DNA from: Nitrospirota bacterium
GTDB lineage: Bacteria > Nitrospirota > UBA9217
Assembly (NCBI GenBank): GCA_963845065.1
Contig: CAWJQQ010000001.1
Coordinates: 608,001 to 672,000, forward strand
Length of the DNA: 64,000 nt
Reading direction: 5' to 3'
The position numbers and the translations under genes were made by a program. Position 1 is the first letter of the stretch, and each line of letters starts with the position of its first letter. Positions 55,922-64,000 of this stretch are shown piece by piece. Below the pieces are notes generated by a model. That model did not search any database. It was not told where the DNA came from and saw nothing but the letters and a program-made list of their open reading frames with translations.

Positions 55922-56129
55922 GATTGGGGACGAGGGAAAGAAAGTTTTAAATCTTTTCATTGCTTACTTTGAGCTTCGCCCACTCCCCCAGATTTTTTTC
56001 GTTTTTGAGAATGATTTGTGAGGTAGGTTTGAGGTAGAAATATTTCGGAAATCTGTGAAAACCCATTCGGAATCAATAAACAGATTTTCACTATAGGATT
56101 TTGGGTTCGAAAAAATTTGAGGAAAAGGA

Positions 56130-56490
56130 ATTTGAATAGCCGCATGTATTTAAACTGATGTGAACGGTTTTTCCAAAATACCCTCTGCGAGTTGTAAGGC
56201 TTCCTGCGACGCTTCTTTATTTTCCTTCAAGATGACAGAAATAATCGGGATATTTTTAAATGCTTACTGCTCTTTGACCCTCTTGATAAACTCAATTCCC
56301 GGCCATGTGAGGAATAATTATATCGACAATAAGCAGATTGACATACGAGTTACTGGAAAGCAGATTAAGCCCCTTCTGTCCGCTCAATGCAGAGAGTATA
56401 TCGCATTTGTAGCGAACGAATGTTATTTTATATGTTTAATGAATCGCAGTTGAATCATCGATGATGAGGATTTTCTTTTACAGACTCAAA
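56130..56490 (-). pseudogene. Response regulator remnant, paralog of 31448-31852
   Basis: Shares AAAATACCCTCTGCGAG and CCTTCAAGATGAC with the intact copy; KILIIDDS; stops. Confidence 0.75.
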
Positions 56491-56646
56491 CAGAACTCCT
56501 TTAACATCATGAGATTAAACAATGCTAGTGCAGAGTGCTTGGCATAATATGACTAATATGATGTAATGTCAATTTCATTAAATGGCGGAAATCGGTTTCA
56601 AGGACTGGTTGTTCCGAAATGAGAGAAAAAAATGAAAAGCTCGCTC

Positions 56647-56789
56647 AGTGAATTACCCCGCAGCAGAGCTGCGGGGCATCAAAACCGATAGAACCTAAAA
56701 CCAATCAGATTCTTATCCTGACTTCGTCAGGATTGCCCTTTTCATCCCAGCAGTAGAACTGCTGGGTATTCAAGGACAGGTTTTATAAA
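56647..56789 (+). repeat. 143-bp three-hairpin MITE/PATE-like repeat, copy 2
   Basis: GTGAATTACCCCGCAGCAGAGCTGCGGGG...ATCCTGACTTCGTCAGGAT...CCCAGCAGTAGAACTGCTGGGTATTCAA. Confidence 0.92.
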
Positions 56790-57435
56790 GCACAGCCTTT
56801 ATTATGAAAGGTTTTGAACTAATTGAACTCTTGTCCACGCATCCCCCCGATAGGCGTAAACAACGCTCTCGCTTTGACCGCTCTGTTGTTCTGATGGAAG
56901 TCCTCGCTGGTGCAATCGATTCAAAGGCGCAGCAGTTTGTTTACGAGATATCACGAAATTTTACGATTATATCAGTATATCAGTTATCGAACGTGAATGG
57001 TTTGCTTGCGGCGAGATCATGATGAAACTGCGACAAGATAAAAAGATTGGCAGCGAGCTGATAAGAGGACTTCTGCCGGACACCTTTACCCGCAGTAGCA
57101 GTCCTAGACACGGGTGCGGTTCTCATCAAGAAGAACGAACGGGGCTTTAAGCTTATTTGCGAAGTGGACAATTTTAAATATGACGTGGTTGATTGATAAA
57201 TTATTTACTTGCTTACATCCTGTCCTGTTACAGTCCTGAAGAGAAAAACGCATTTGCATAAACTCTAAGACCTTGAATTGTTAACACAAAAAATGGATAT
57301 TGCACTCTCAGGGGGGGGTGACCTACCCGAAGGTCATTTGCAGACTGACCACCCACGGCGGCCTTGCTCTTGCCGAGGAGTGCAATCACGTGATTAGACC
57401 ATGCTCAGCGTCTCGCAGTGCCCAAAGTGACAGTT

Positions 57436-57641
57436 TCATCCACGTGAGATGAAGTAAGATAGACCAATTAACATGAGTTCGACTATCAGGATCGGTGTAA
57501 CAGCGTGAGCCAAAGAAAACTCCGGTATCATTACGAGCACCAAGAATATTAACCCACCCATCGTTGCGCCTATCTTCAGTGCCGTTTTAACTGCATCGTT
57601 CTTCATGATTCCATTTTCCAGTAAATGAATTTTTATATTCA
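57436..57641 (-). CDS. Small membrane protein (probably a shortened paralog of its neighbour)
   Basis: AGGAG RBS, KIGATMGGLIFLV, two hydrophobic segments. Confidence 0.5.
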
Positions 57642-57658
57642 TTTTATGCTCCTTTTTG

Positions 57659-57973
57659 TTATTTGCTGCTAGCCATAGAAAACTTTTCTGATGTCTGTCC
57701 GCTCTCAAGCACTCTGCCGACGAGCCAGCCCATAGTGGCCGTAGCAGTTACGATCGTGATTCCGAACACTATGACGCCCACCAGCATGGATGCGAGCACG
57801 ATTGCACGTGATATGATTCCCGGGTCCAGCGGAAGCCCGAAAAACATTCCGGCTAGTTTGATTCCTGAGGCGCCGCCCAGAAGGCTGCCGGGAAGAAGAC
57901 CGAAAATCGCGAAGATCACTATTCCTGCGCCCGCTCCGATGTATGCTGTTTTTCTCGAAATTTTGGCATTCAT
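57659..57973 (-). CDS. Small Gly-rich membrane protein
   Basis: AYIGAGAGIVIFAIFGLLPGSLLGG; GGAGG RBS. Confidence 0.8.
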   Translation of the reverse strand: MNAKISRKTAYIGAGAGIVIFAIFGLLPGSLLGGASGIKLAGMFFGLPLDPGIISRAIVLASMLVGVIVFGITIVTATATMGWLVGRVLESGQTSEKFSMASSK

Positions 57974-58011
57974 TTTGTTGTCCTCCTTTCGTTCAGTCTT
58001 GCCTTATTAAT

Positions 58012-58027
58012 TGCAGATCGCGTGCCA
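58012..58027 (-). promoter_or_regulatory. Sigma-54 (-24/-12) promoter
   Basis: TGGCACG-cgat-CTGCA about 40 bp upstream of the start at 57973. Confidence 0.75.
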
Positions 58028-58856
58028 AAATATAACTGATTGATTTTGTGAGAACATGGTGATGCGAGTTTTTGCAAAGATGAGAAATAGGGTAATTAAG
58101 TTGTTAATCATGCAAACGAATCAGACTTATGCCGTATGAATATTTATCTTTATCGTATATCTGATACAGAACGAGAAAACATATGTAGCGCTAGATTCAA
58201 CGCCAAGGCACCGTCAGATTCTGGTTTGACAGTTCCCACAGTGGGCACTTAAATATTGACCGCATATACGGGGAAAACAGACGCTATCAAAAGCCATTGT
58301 TTTTGAGCCACAGGTGGGGGGAGATAATTTCGAGCAAAATCTATCTTTCGAATATGACAGATGCCACACCCGTTTTGTGAGGCTGGAACTAAGACGCCAT
58401 AGTTCTTTAAGAATTGTGCAGTTTATCGTATTAACAATGGCAACGGTCCTTTACGCAAATACCAAGGTGTGTTAATGATAATGACGTGGGGGAGGCACCT
58501 CTGAGGAACAGAAGGTTTTTAGAAGAGCGCTCTATGCTGAAACAGAATATGGTATCATCTTTTCTCAAAAGGCTCTGGAACGATGACCGCAATACGACGG
58601 CTAGGATGGCCGAACCGAGATTCCTGGTAAACCTTCCACATATGAAGATATAAGTTCTTGCTCTTGCTTTCTCAAACACTTATTTCCCTTAAATATAGAA
58701 AAGGCCTGCAATTATGATGGTAAATATATGACTTTTAATCCGCCTAGAGTAGAATTGAAATCATGTGAACTTGGGATGTAATAATAATGTGATGCAAATG
58801 TAGTGTAATGGTTAGATGTAACAAACCATGCAATATCTGCAAGAAGAAAAATAAAA

Positions 58857-59156
58857 ATGGCATTCATCCTTTTTAAAGAGAGGGTCAAAGATCTTGCGAA
58901 GTGGAAAGAAATTTACGATTCTCGCCAGAAAAATTGCGTTGAGGCGGGAATTATAGACAAGTATGTTTTACGAGGTGCTACTGATGACAATGAAGTCATA
59001 CTTTTGAGGGAAGAAAAGGATATGGGCCGAGCAAAAGCTTTCATTGAGGCGCCACAATTGCGAGATGCGATGGAGAAGTCTGGCGTCATCGGGAAACCAG
59101 ATATTTACTTTATTAATGATGAGTATAGGGATTTAGCAAAAGCTTCTGGTTTTTGA
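58857..59156 (+). CDS. Hypothetical protein (ABM/cyclase-like)
   Basis: VKDLAKWKEIYD..LRDAMEKSGVIGKPDIYF. Confidence 0.7.
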   Translation: MAFILFKERVKDLAKWKEIYDSRQKNCVEAGIIDKYVLRGATDDNEVILLREEKDMGRAKAFIEAPQLRDAMEKSGVIGKPDIYFINDEYRDLAKASGF

Positions 59157-59547
59157 TGGCTTGAATACGGGGCTAGGCATTCTTTGGGATCTGGGAAAAG
59201 AGGTTGTTTCTTTTTTAAAGTATTTATTTTCTCCAGTTGCCGTGTGACCAAGTACTAAGGCATATGAGATGTTACATCCTGTTAAAGCGGGTACGATGTT
59301 CGCATATCCTGACCGCAAGAAAATTACTGTGACATCATTAGACGGTTTAGGTGAAGATAACTTCCAGGAAAAGAGTTTCTATGTAGAGATCCGTGATATA
59401 TTTGCCAAGATTAATTATTCCAGATGTCGATTGCATAGGAGGTGGCATGGGGCATTGATTGTGGCTCCAGGAACTGTATTTGCCATGAAGCGTATGGGAC
59501 ATCGCGGAAAATTTTAAGTCGTACTGCTAAAAATAATTGCATTAAAA

Positions 59548-59577
59548 ACCCGTCAGTTTGTATCAACTGACGGGACT
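59548..59577. terminator. Terminator-like hairpin downstream of the cytochrome gene
   Basis: CCCGTCAGTT/AACTGACGGG; T tract on the minus strand. Confidence 0.6.
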
Positions 59578-59612
59578 TATTTTTAGCAGACATAACTACT
59601 ACTTACTGCCTA

Positions 59613-60200
59613 TTACTGTTGAGAAGGTGGGATGGGAACGGAAGCGGGGACCTGATTCTTGATAGGCTTAACACTTTTGATATAGGTAAATATCGCCTTG
59701 AGATCCGCGTCTGTAAGTTTAGCATATTCATTCCAAGGCATAGGAGGTAAAATGTCACGCCCTGAGCCCATGAACTTGCCACTGCGTATAATCCTGATGA
59801 ACAACTCTTCGTTCCAAGTCCCTGTCCCGGTTTCCGGATCAGGTGAAAGATTGGAAGTATAGCTTGTACCCCAAGGGCCTACCCACCCTGTTAAACCATT
59901 GTTGGTTATAGCGCCCCATTTATTCAGAGTGAATATGTTGGGCGGAACTTCGGGCAGTTTTTCATTAGAGGGATGACCTGAAAGAAGCCGTGTATCGTCT
60001 GGGACAGGACCGTTCTGCGTTATTTTCTTAGGGGAATGACAGTCGTTGCATCCTCCCACAGTCACAAGATATAGACCTCTCTTGATCTGCGCCTTTTTTC
60101 CGTCTGCCACTTTTTGTTCAGCGGCTAACAAGACCTTTGATGCCAGCAAAAGGCTGAATAACCCTATCATTAGGCATTCTGCAATGGCTATCTTTCTCAT
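59613..60200 (-). CDS. Periplasmic c-type cytochrome
   Basis: Signal peptide, RGLYLV..CNDCH, GPWG, NLSPD, PPMPW. Confidence 0.88.
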   Translation of the reverse strand: MRKIAIAECLMIGLFSLLLASKVLLAAEQKVADGKKAQIKRGLYLVTVGGCNDCHSPKKITQNGPVPDDTRLLSGHPSNEKLPEVPPNIFTLNKWGAITNNGLTGWVGPWGTSYTSNLSPDPETGTGTWNEELFIRIIRSGKFMGSGRDILPPMPWNEYAKLTDADLKAIFTYIKSVKPIKNQVPASVPIPPSQQ

Positions 60201-60696
60201 TCTTCACTCTCCTTTCGTAAAGTATTTTAACCATGTGATTAATATTAGCAGATACCTTTTAGCGTTGCAAGGAGGTCTGAATAAGCAGATGTTAATAAGA
60301 TATAGCGCCAATTTGCGAGATGGAGAATTATAGTGGTTGAGAACAGCGATAAATATCATTGGCGTAGGTCAAATGATCATTATAAATTACGATATGAAAA
60401 GTGCAATTTCCAATACGTGCAACTATTGTGGAATTCTGGAAAGACAGCTCACTGCAAGTTGTATCCATATTCTGCACTTCGATAACAATTAGAATCTCTA
60501 TGAGGCGCACCTGTTGTCTAGTCTGAATTACTCGCTATATAGAACTATTAACAGATTCGAATTCAAGTAAGCCGCTCCGCGGCAGAAGAGCAAAGCATCC
60601 ATCCTGCGTCCATCCCACCTTGTCTGATATTTCCTGAATAATCTCCGTGTTACCATACATCTCCAATGCAGTTCAATCTTGTAGCACAAGGAGAGT

Positions 60697-61572
60697 ATGG
60701 TCATGGAAAACTGGTACGAGAAGTCCAAAGAAGCCCTGCAACTGAGCGGTAAGGGCGACACAACGCAAGAAAGTTACACACGCGCAGTCCGATTACTCAT
60801 TGAGCATTTCGGCAACAAAACCCCCGATCTCATCACCGAAGAAGAGCTTCAGGAATACTTCCTCCATTGCAGGAACGTTCGCAAGTGGGCGCCCAAAACC
60901 ATGGCTGTCTGCTATGCCGGCATCCGCTTTTTCTTTGAGAACGTCCTGCGCCGTGACTGGCATATCCTGAGCATCATTCGGGCGCAAACTGAACACCGGC
61001 TTCCGACTGTGCTTAGTATCGAAGAGGTACGCGCCACCCTTTCCCGCGTCACGTCTCCTCGCAACCACGCCTTCCTCTCCACAGTCTATTCCTGCGGCCT
61101 TCGGCTCCAGGAAGCGCTACACCTCGAAGTCCCGGACATCGATAAACACCGTATGATGATCCATATCCACCGGGGGAAAGGCGCTAAAGACCGTTATGTT
61201 CCGCTTCCCCGTACGACGTATGCTCTTTTGCGGAAGCATTGGGCCACTCACAAAAACCCCCGATTGATTTTTCCCTCACGGGGCATATACAAAGATGGCT
61301 CGGACATTCGGAAACCGGTTTCATACAGTACGGTGCAGGCGGCGCTTCAGAACGCGGTACGCGCAGCGGGTATTCAGAAACGCAACGTCTCCATCCACAC
61401 GCTTCGCCACGCCTATGCTACTCACCTGCTCGAAGCCGGCGTGAATCTGAGCGTCATCCAGCAGTATATGGGCCACTCCAGCCTTGAGACCACGATGATT
61501 TACCTACATTTGACCACCAAGGGTCAGGAAGACGCTTACAAAATCATCGACCAGCTCATGACGGGGTTTTGA
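60697..61572 (+). CDS. Tyrosine recombinase, integron-integrase-like but lacking the IntI insertion
   Basis: RLPTVLS.EEV, YSCGLRLQEAL, GKGAKDR, HTLRHAYATHLLEAG, MGH, TMIY. Confidence 0.92.
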   Translation: MVMENWYEKSKEALQLSGKGDTTQESYTRAVRLLIEHFGNKTPDLITEEELQEYFLHCRNVRKWAPKTMAVCYAGIRFFFENVLRRDWHILSIIRAQTEHRLPTVLSIEEVRATLSRVTSPRNHAFLSTVYSCGLRLQEALHLEVPDIDKHRMMIHIHRGKGAKDRYVPLPRTTYALLRKHWATHKNPRLIFPSRGIYKDGSDIRKPVSYSTVQAALQNAVRAAGIQKRNVSIHTLRHAYATHLLEAGVNLSVIQQYMGHSSLETTMIYLHLTTKGQEDAYKIIDQLMTGF

Positions 61573-62669
61573 CCATGGACACGATCAATGAGATTTTCCG
61601 CACCTATGCCCCGGAGTACGTGTCACGGTTTGGCGAAGCGATTCCTCTGGAACATCGCAAGGCAATAGACGCAATTATCAACTGCCGCACTCCAGCTTGT
61701 GGGACGACCTGGTTCCGTTGCGAAGACTGCGGGAAAGACCATGCCATCCATCGTTCTTGCGGCAACCGTCACTGCCCGACCTGCCAGTATCATAAGAGCC
61801 GACAGTGGCTCGAAAAACAGATTGATCGGCGGATGCCAGGACATCACTTCATGATCACGTTCACGGTGCCCGAGCAGATTCGTCGGTTCATCAGAGGCAA
61901 TCAACGAGCAGCTTATGCTGCCTTGTTTTCTGCTTCTTCAGCGGCTATGAAAAAGCTGGTTCTCGACCCCAAGTTCATGGGCGGCGATCTGCCGGGCTTC
62001 TTCGGGGTCCTGCACACATGGGGCAGAACACTGGAGTTTCACCCCCATGTCCACTATATCGTCGTAGGTGGGGCGTTTTCGTCCGAGGATAAAACATGGA
62101 AACCGTCAGGAACCGGTTTCTATGTGCCGGTCCAAGCGCTATCTCCCATTTTCCGGGCGAAGTTCAAGGATGAGATGAAAAAAGCAGGCCTTTTTGATCA
62201 AATCCCCGAAGAGGTCTGGCGCATCGACTGGAACGTGAACTCGCAAGCCGTGGGCGACAGCGAAGGGAGTCTCAAGTATCTTGCCCCCTATGTCTTTCGG
62301 GTAGCCTTGTCCAACAGCCGGATCGTGAAAGTCGAGAATCGTCAGATCTTCATTCATTACAAAAAGACCAATAGCAATCGCTGGAGAACGCTGGAACTTG
62401 AGGTGATGGAATTTATGCGTCGCTTCCTCCAGCACGTTCTACCGACGGGGTTCATGAAGGTGCGATATTACGGCTTCTTAAGCCCGACCTGCAAAGTCCC
62501 GCTTGAGAACATCAGGACGCTGATTGAGCTGGCTTATGGATTTGAGGTGACGATGTCTGAAGTCGAACAGACGCCCCCAATGCCTCATCCAACATGCGGG
62601 TGCTGCGGTGGCTTTCTCAAAGTGATTTCGATTTCTCCGCCGCCGCAGCACCTGGCACGCGCCGGATAG
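61569..62669 (+). CDS. IS91-family rolling-circle (HUH/Y2) transposase
   Basis: Zn-binding N-terminus (SCGNRHCPTCQ), HTWG, HPHVHY, YLAPY, RRFLQHVLP.GF..VRYYG. Confidence 0.93.
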   Translation: MTMDTINEIFRTYAPEYVSRFGEAIPLEHRKAIDAIINCRTPACGTTWFRCEDCGKDHAIHRSCGNRHCPTCQYHKSRQWLEKQIDRRMPGHHFMITFTVPEQIRRFIRGNQRAAYAALFSASSAAMKKLVLDPKFMGGDLPGFFGVLHTWGRTLEFHPHVHYIVVGGAFSSEDKTWKPSGTGFYVPVQALSPIFRAKFKDEMKKAGLFDQIPEEVWRIDWNVNSQAVGDSEGSLKYLAPYVFRVALSNSRIVKVENRQIFIHYKKTNSNRWRTLELEVMEFMRRFLQHVLPTGFMKVRYYGFLSPTCKVPLENIRTLIELAYGFEVTMSEVEQTPPMPHPTCGCCGGFLKVISISPPPQHLARAG

Positions 62670-63117
62670 CATCCGACGATTTTGATTCACCACGTGTTTC
62701 TCGTGTAAGATCCCGCAGGCATCATCTGCGGGTCAACGCTCCCGTTCGGCCGCGCGAGCGGATCAGGCGATGATTTCTGCGTGTGAGTATAATGGGAATC
62801 ACGTTTGTTTTTTTATAATCAGACCGACACGAGCTCTCACTCTCCATAAACTGCCCATTCAGGCTTTAACCAAAAACGACCCCTCGAAGCATTACCCTAT
62901 ATATAGAGACCATCGGTCATCATCCTGCCGCTCCGGGCTTCTTGAATTATGGATTGAGTACGACGTGAAGATGTCGTCACAATCCTTATTGATTATAACA
63001 TGATTTGATGAATCTGGTTTCTGAGCCACCTGGCAGTTTAATTTCTGGGAAACAAACAGGCTTGAATCACAAGTCCATTTCGGACAGATCACCCCAGAAA
63101 TAATTTCAAAAGGTCTT

Positions 63118-64000
63118 TTAGAGCTCGACGATCCTTGTGCTGATCTCGATTGCTGTTTCGGCGCCCTGGCCGGCGGAGATGATTGCCTGGGAGTGGCCGT
63201 GGCGTAGAGCGCCTAGAACGAAGAGACCGGGGATGCTAGATTCGCCCGCGCCCCTCGTCATGATCTTGAATCCCTCAGCGTCGCGCTCCAGGGGGAGGTC
63301 ATCGAGGTATTCATCGTTGAGTGAGATCCCGCCCCACCCCAAGATGACCTCGCAGGGGATGACGCGCCCGTCGGAGAGCCGCACCCCCTCGAGGGTCTTC
63401 TCGCCGAGAAGTTCTTCCGGCCGCCCCTCAAACAGGCTGATTCCCTCCTCCTCGAGGAGAGCTGCGTAAGCTGGCGCTGGGGAGAAGCCGTGGGCGAGGA
63501 AGGTCACGTCGCTGGTGAACAGCTGCTTCATGCCGACGCTGAGGCGCACCCCGTTGATGGTGCGGTCAAGGACAAGCAGCTTTTTGCCCGTTGTGCGATA
63601 TCCGTCGCAGATCATGCAGGTAAAGTAAGAGTTGCCGAAGAAGCGCAGAAGGTTTTTGAAGGGAGCGAGGGTCTCCCGGGCCCCTGAGGCGGCAATGACG
63701 AAACGCGTGAGATAGGTCTTCCCATTAGCCTGGACAACGAAGTGCCCCTGCCGGGCCAAGACGCGTTGCACCTTGGCATTCTCCACAGAGACGCCGAAGC
63801 TCTTCGCCTGGGCGATGCCAGCTTCCAGAAGGTCAGAGCCTGAGACCTCACGAAGGCCCAGGTAGTTTTCGATGTGTTTCGCGAGGTAGGTCCGCCCCCC
63901 GGGGCTGTGGAATAGCATAACGCGGAAATTGTAGCGGCCGAGATGGATGCAGGCCTGTAGGCCTCCCGGACCCGCGCCGATGACTATACAGTCGAGAAGT
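63118..64000 (-). CDS. Thioredoxin reductase-like FAD/NAD(P) oxidoreductase (start outside window)
   Basis: DCIVIGAGPGGL at the window edge, CMICDG, SSIPGLFVLG, QAIISAGQG. Confidence 0.88.
   Translation of the reverse strand, partial: LLDCIVIGAGPGGLQACIHLGRYNFRVMLFHSPGGRTYLAKHIENYLGLREVSGSDLLEAGIAQAKSFGVSVENAKVQRVLARQGHFVVQANGKTYLTRFVIAASGARETLAPFKNLLRFFGNSYFTCMICDGYRTTGKKLLVLDRTINGVRLSVGMKQLFTSDVTFLAHGFSPAPAYAALLEEEGISLFEGRPEELLGEKTLEGVRLSDGRVIPCEVILGWGGISLNDEYLDDLPLERDAEGFKIMTRGAGESSIPGLFVLGALRHGHSQAIISAGQGAETAIEISTRIVEL

Larger units (their letters stand above)
60561..62994 (+). mobile_element. Integrase + IS91-type element, copy D (intact)
   Basis: Left end ATTCAAGTAAGCCGCTCCGCGGCAG; two overlapping intact genes; right end TTACCCTATATATAG...CTTGAAT-hairpin-ATT. 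Confidence 0.93.

Noticed and set aside
58776..58804. ATGT(A/G) heptamers at 11-bp spacing
   Set aside because: Pho-like period but poor consensus, and no phosphate-related gene downstream.
60697..61572. Canonical integron integrase intI with attI
   Set aside because: Only about 62 aa lie between KDRYVPLP and HTLRH, so the IntI-specific insertion is missing. The gene is coupled to a transposase and is not divergent from an array.
1..64000. CRISPR array, cas genes, tRNA or rRNA
   Set aside because: No regularly spaced repeat-spacer units or recognisable structural RNA genes were seen by eye.

Overview
A pseudogene-rich bacterial accessory region. Gene style suggests Nitrospirota or Desulfobacterota; this is inference only. 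It holds ordinary singletons (tupA, phosphoesterase, two pstS, a psiE-like gene, K+ channels, GH15, a Moco oxidoreductase, ferritin, cytochrome c) among decayed IS630, IS110, ISL3 and IS256 elements, group II intron remnants and a MITE pair. The main signal is four copies (one intact, 60561-62994) of a ~2.43 kb element encoding an integron-integrase-like tyrosine recombinase plus an IS91-type HUH/Y2 transposase. Its ends are built like an integron gene cassette: ATTCAAG at the left, and CTTGAAT-hairpin-ATT at the right. At least two copies split pre-existing attC-like hairpins, sharing only a 3-5 bp core at both junctions. Several neighbouring genes also carry degenerate attC-like sites, yet no canonical intI is in the window. 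One copy is interrupted, exactly in the codons of its catalytic HxxRH motif, by a three-recombinase RIT element with 88-bp inverted repeats and a terminal palindrome. Four 11-bp-periodic Pho-box-like arrays link the scattered phosphate-scavenging genes. All coordinates and alignments were done by eye.
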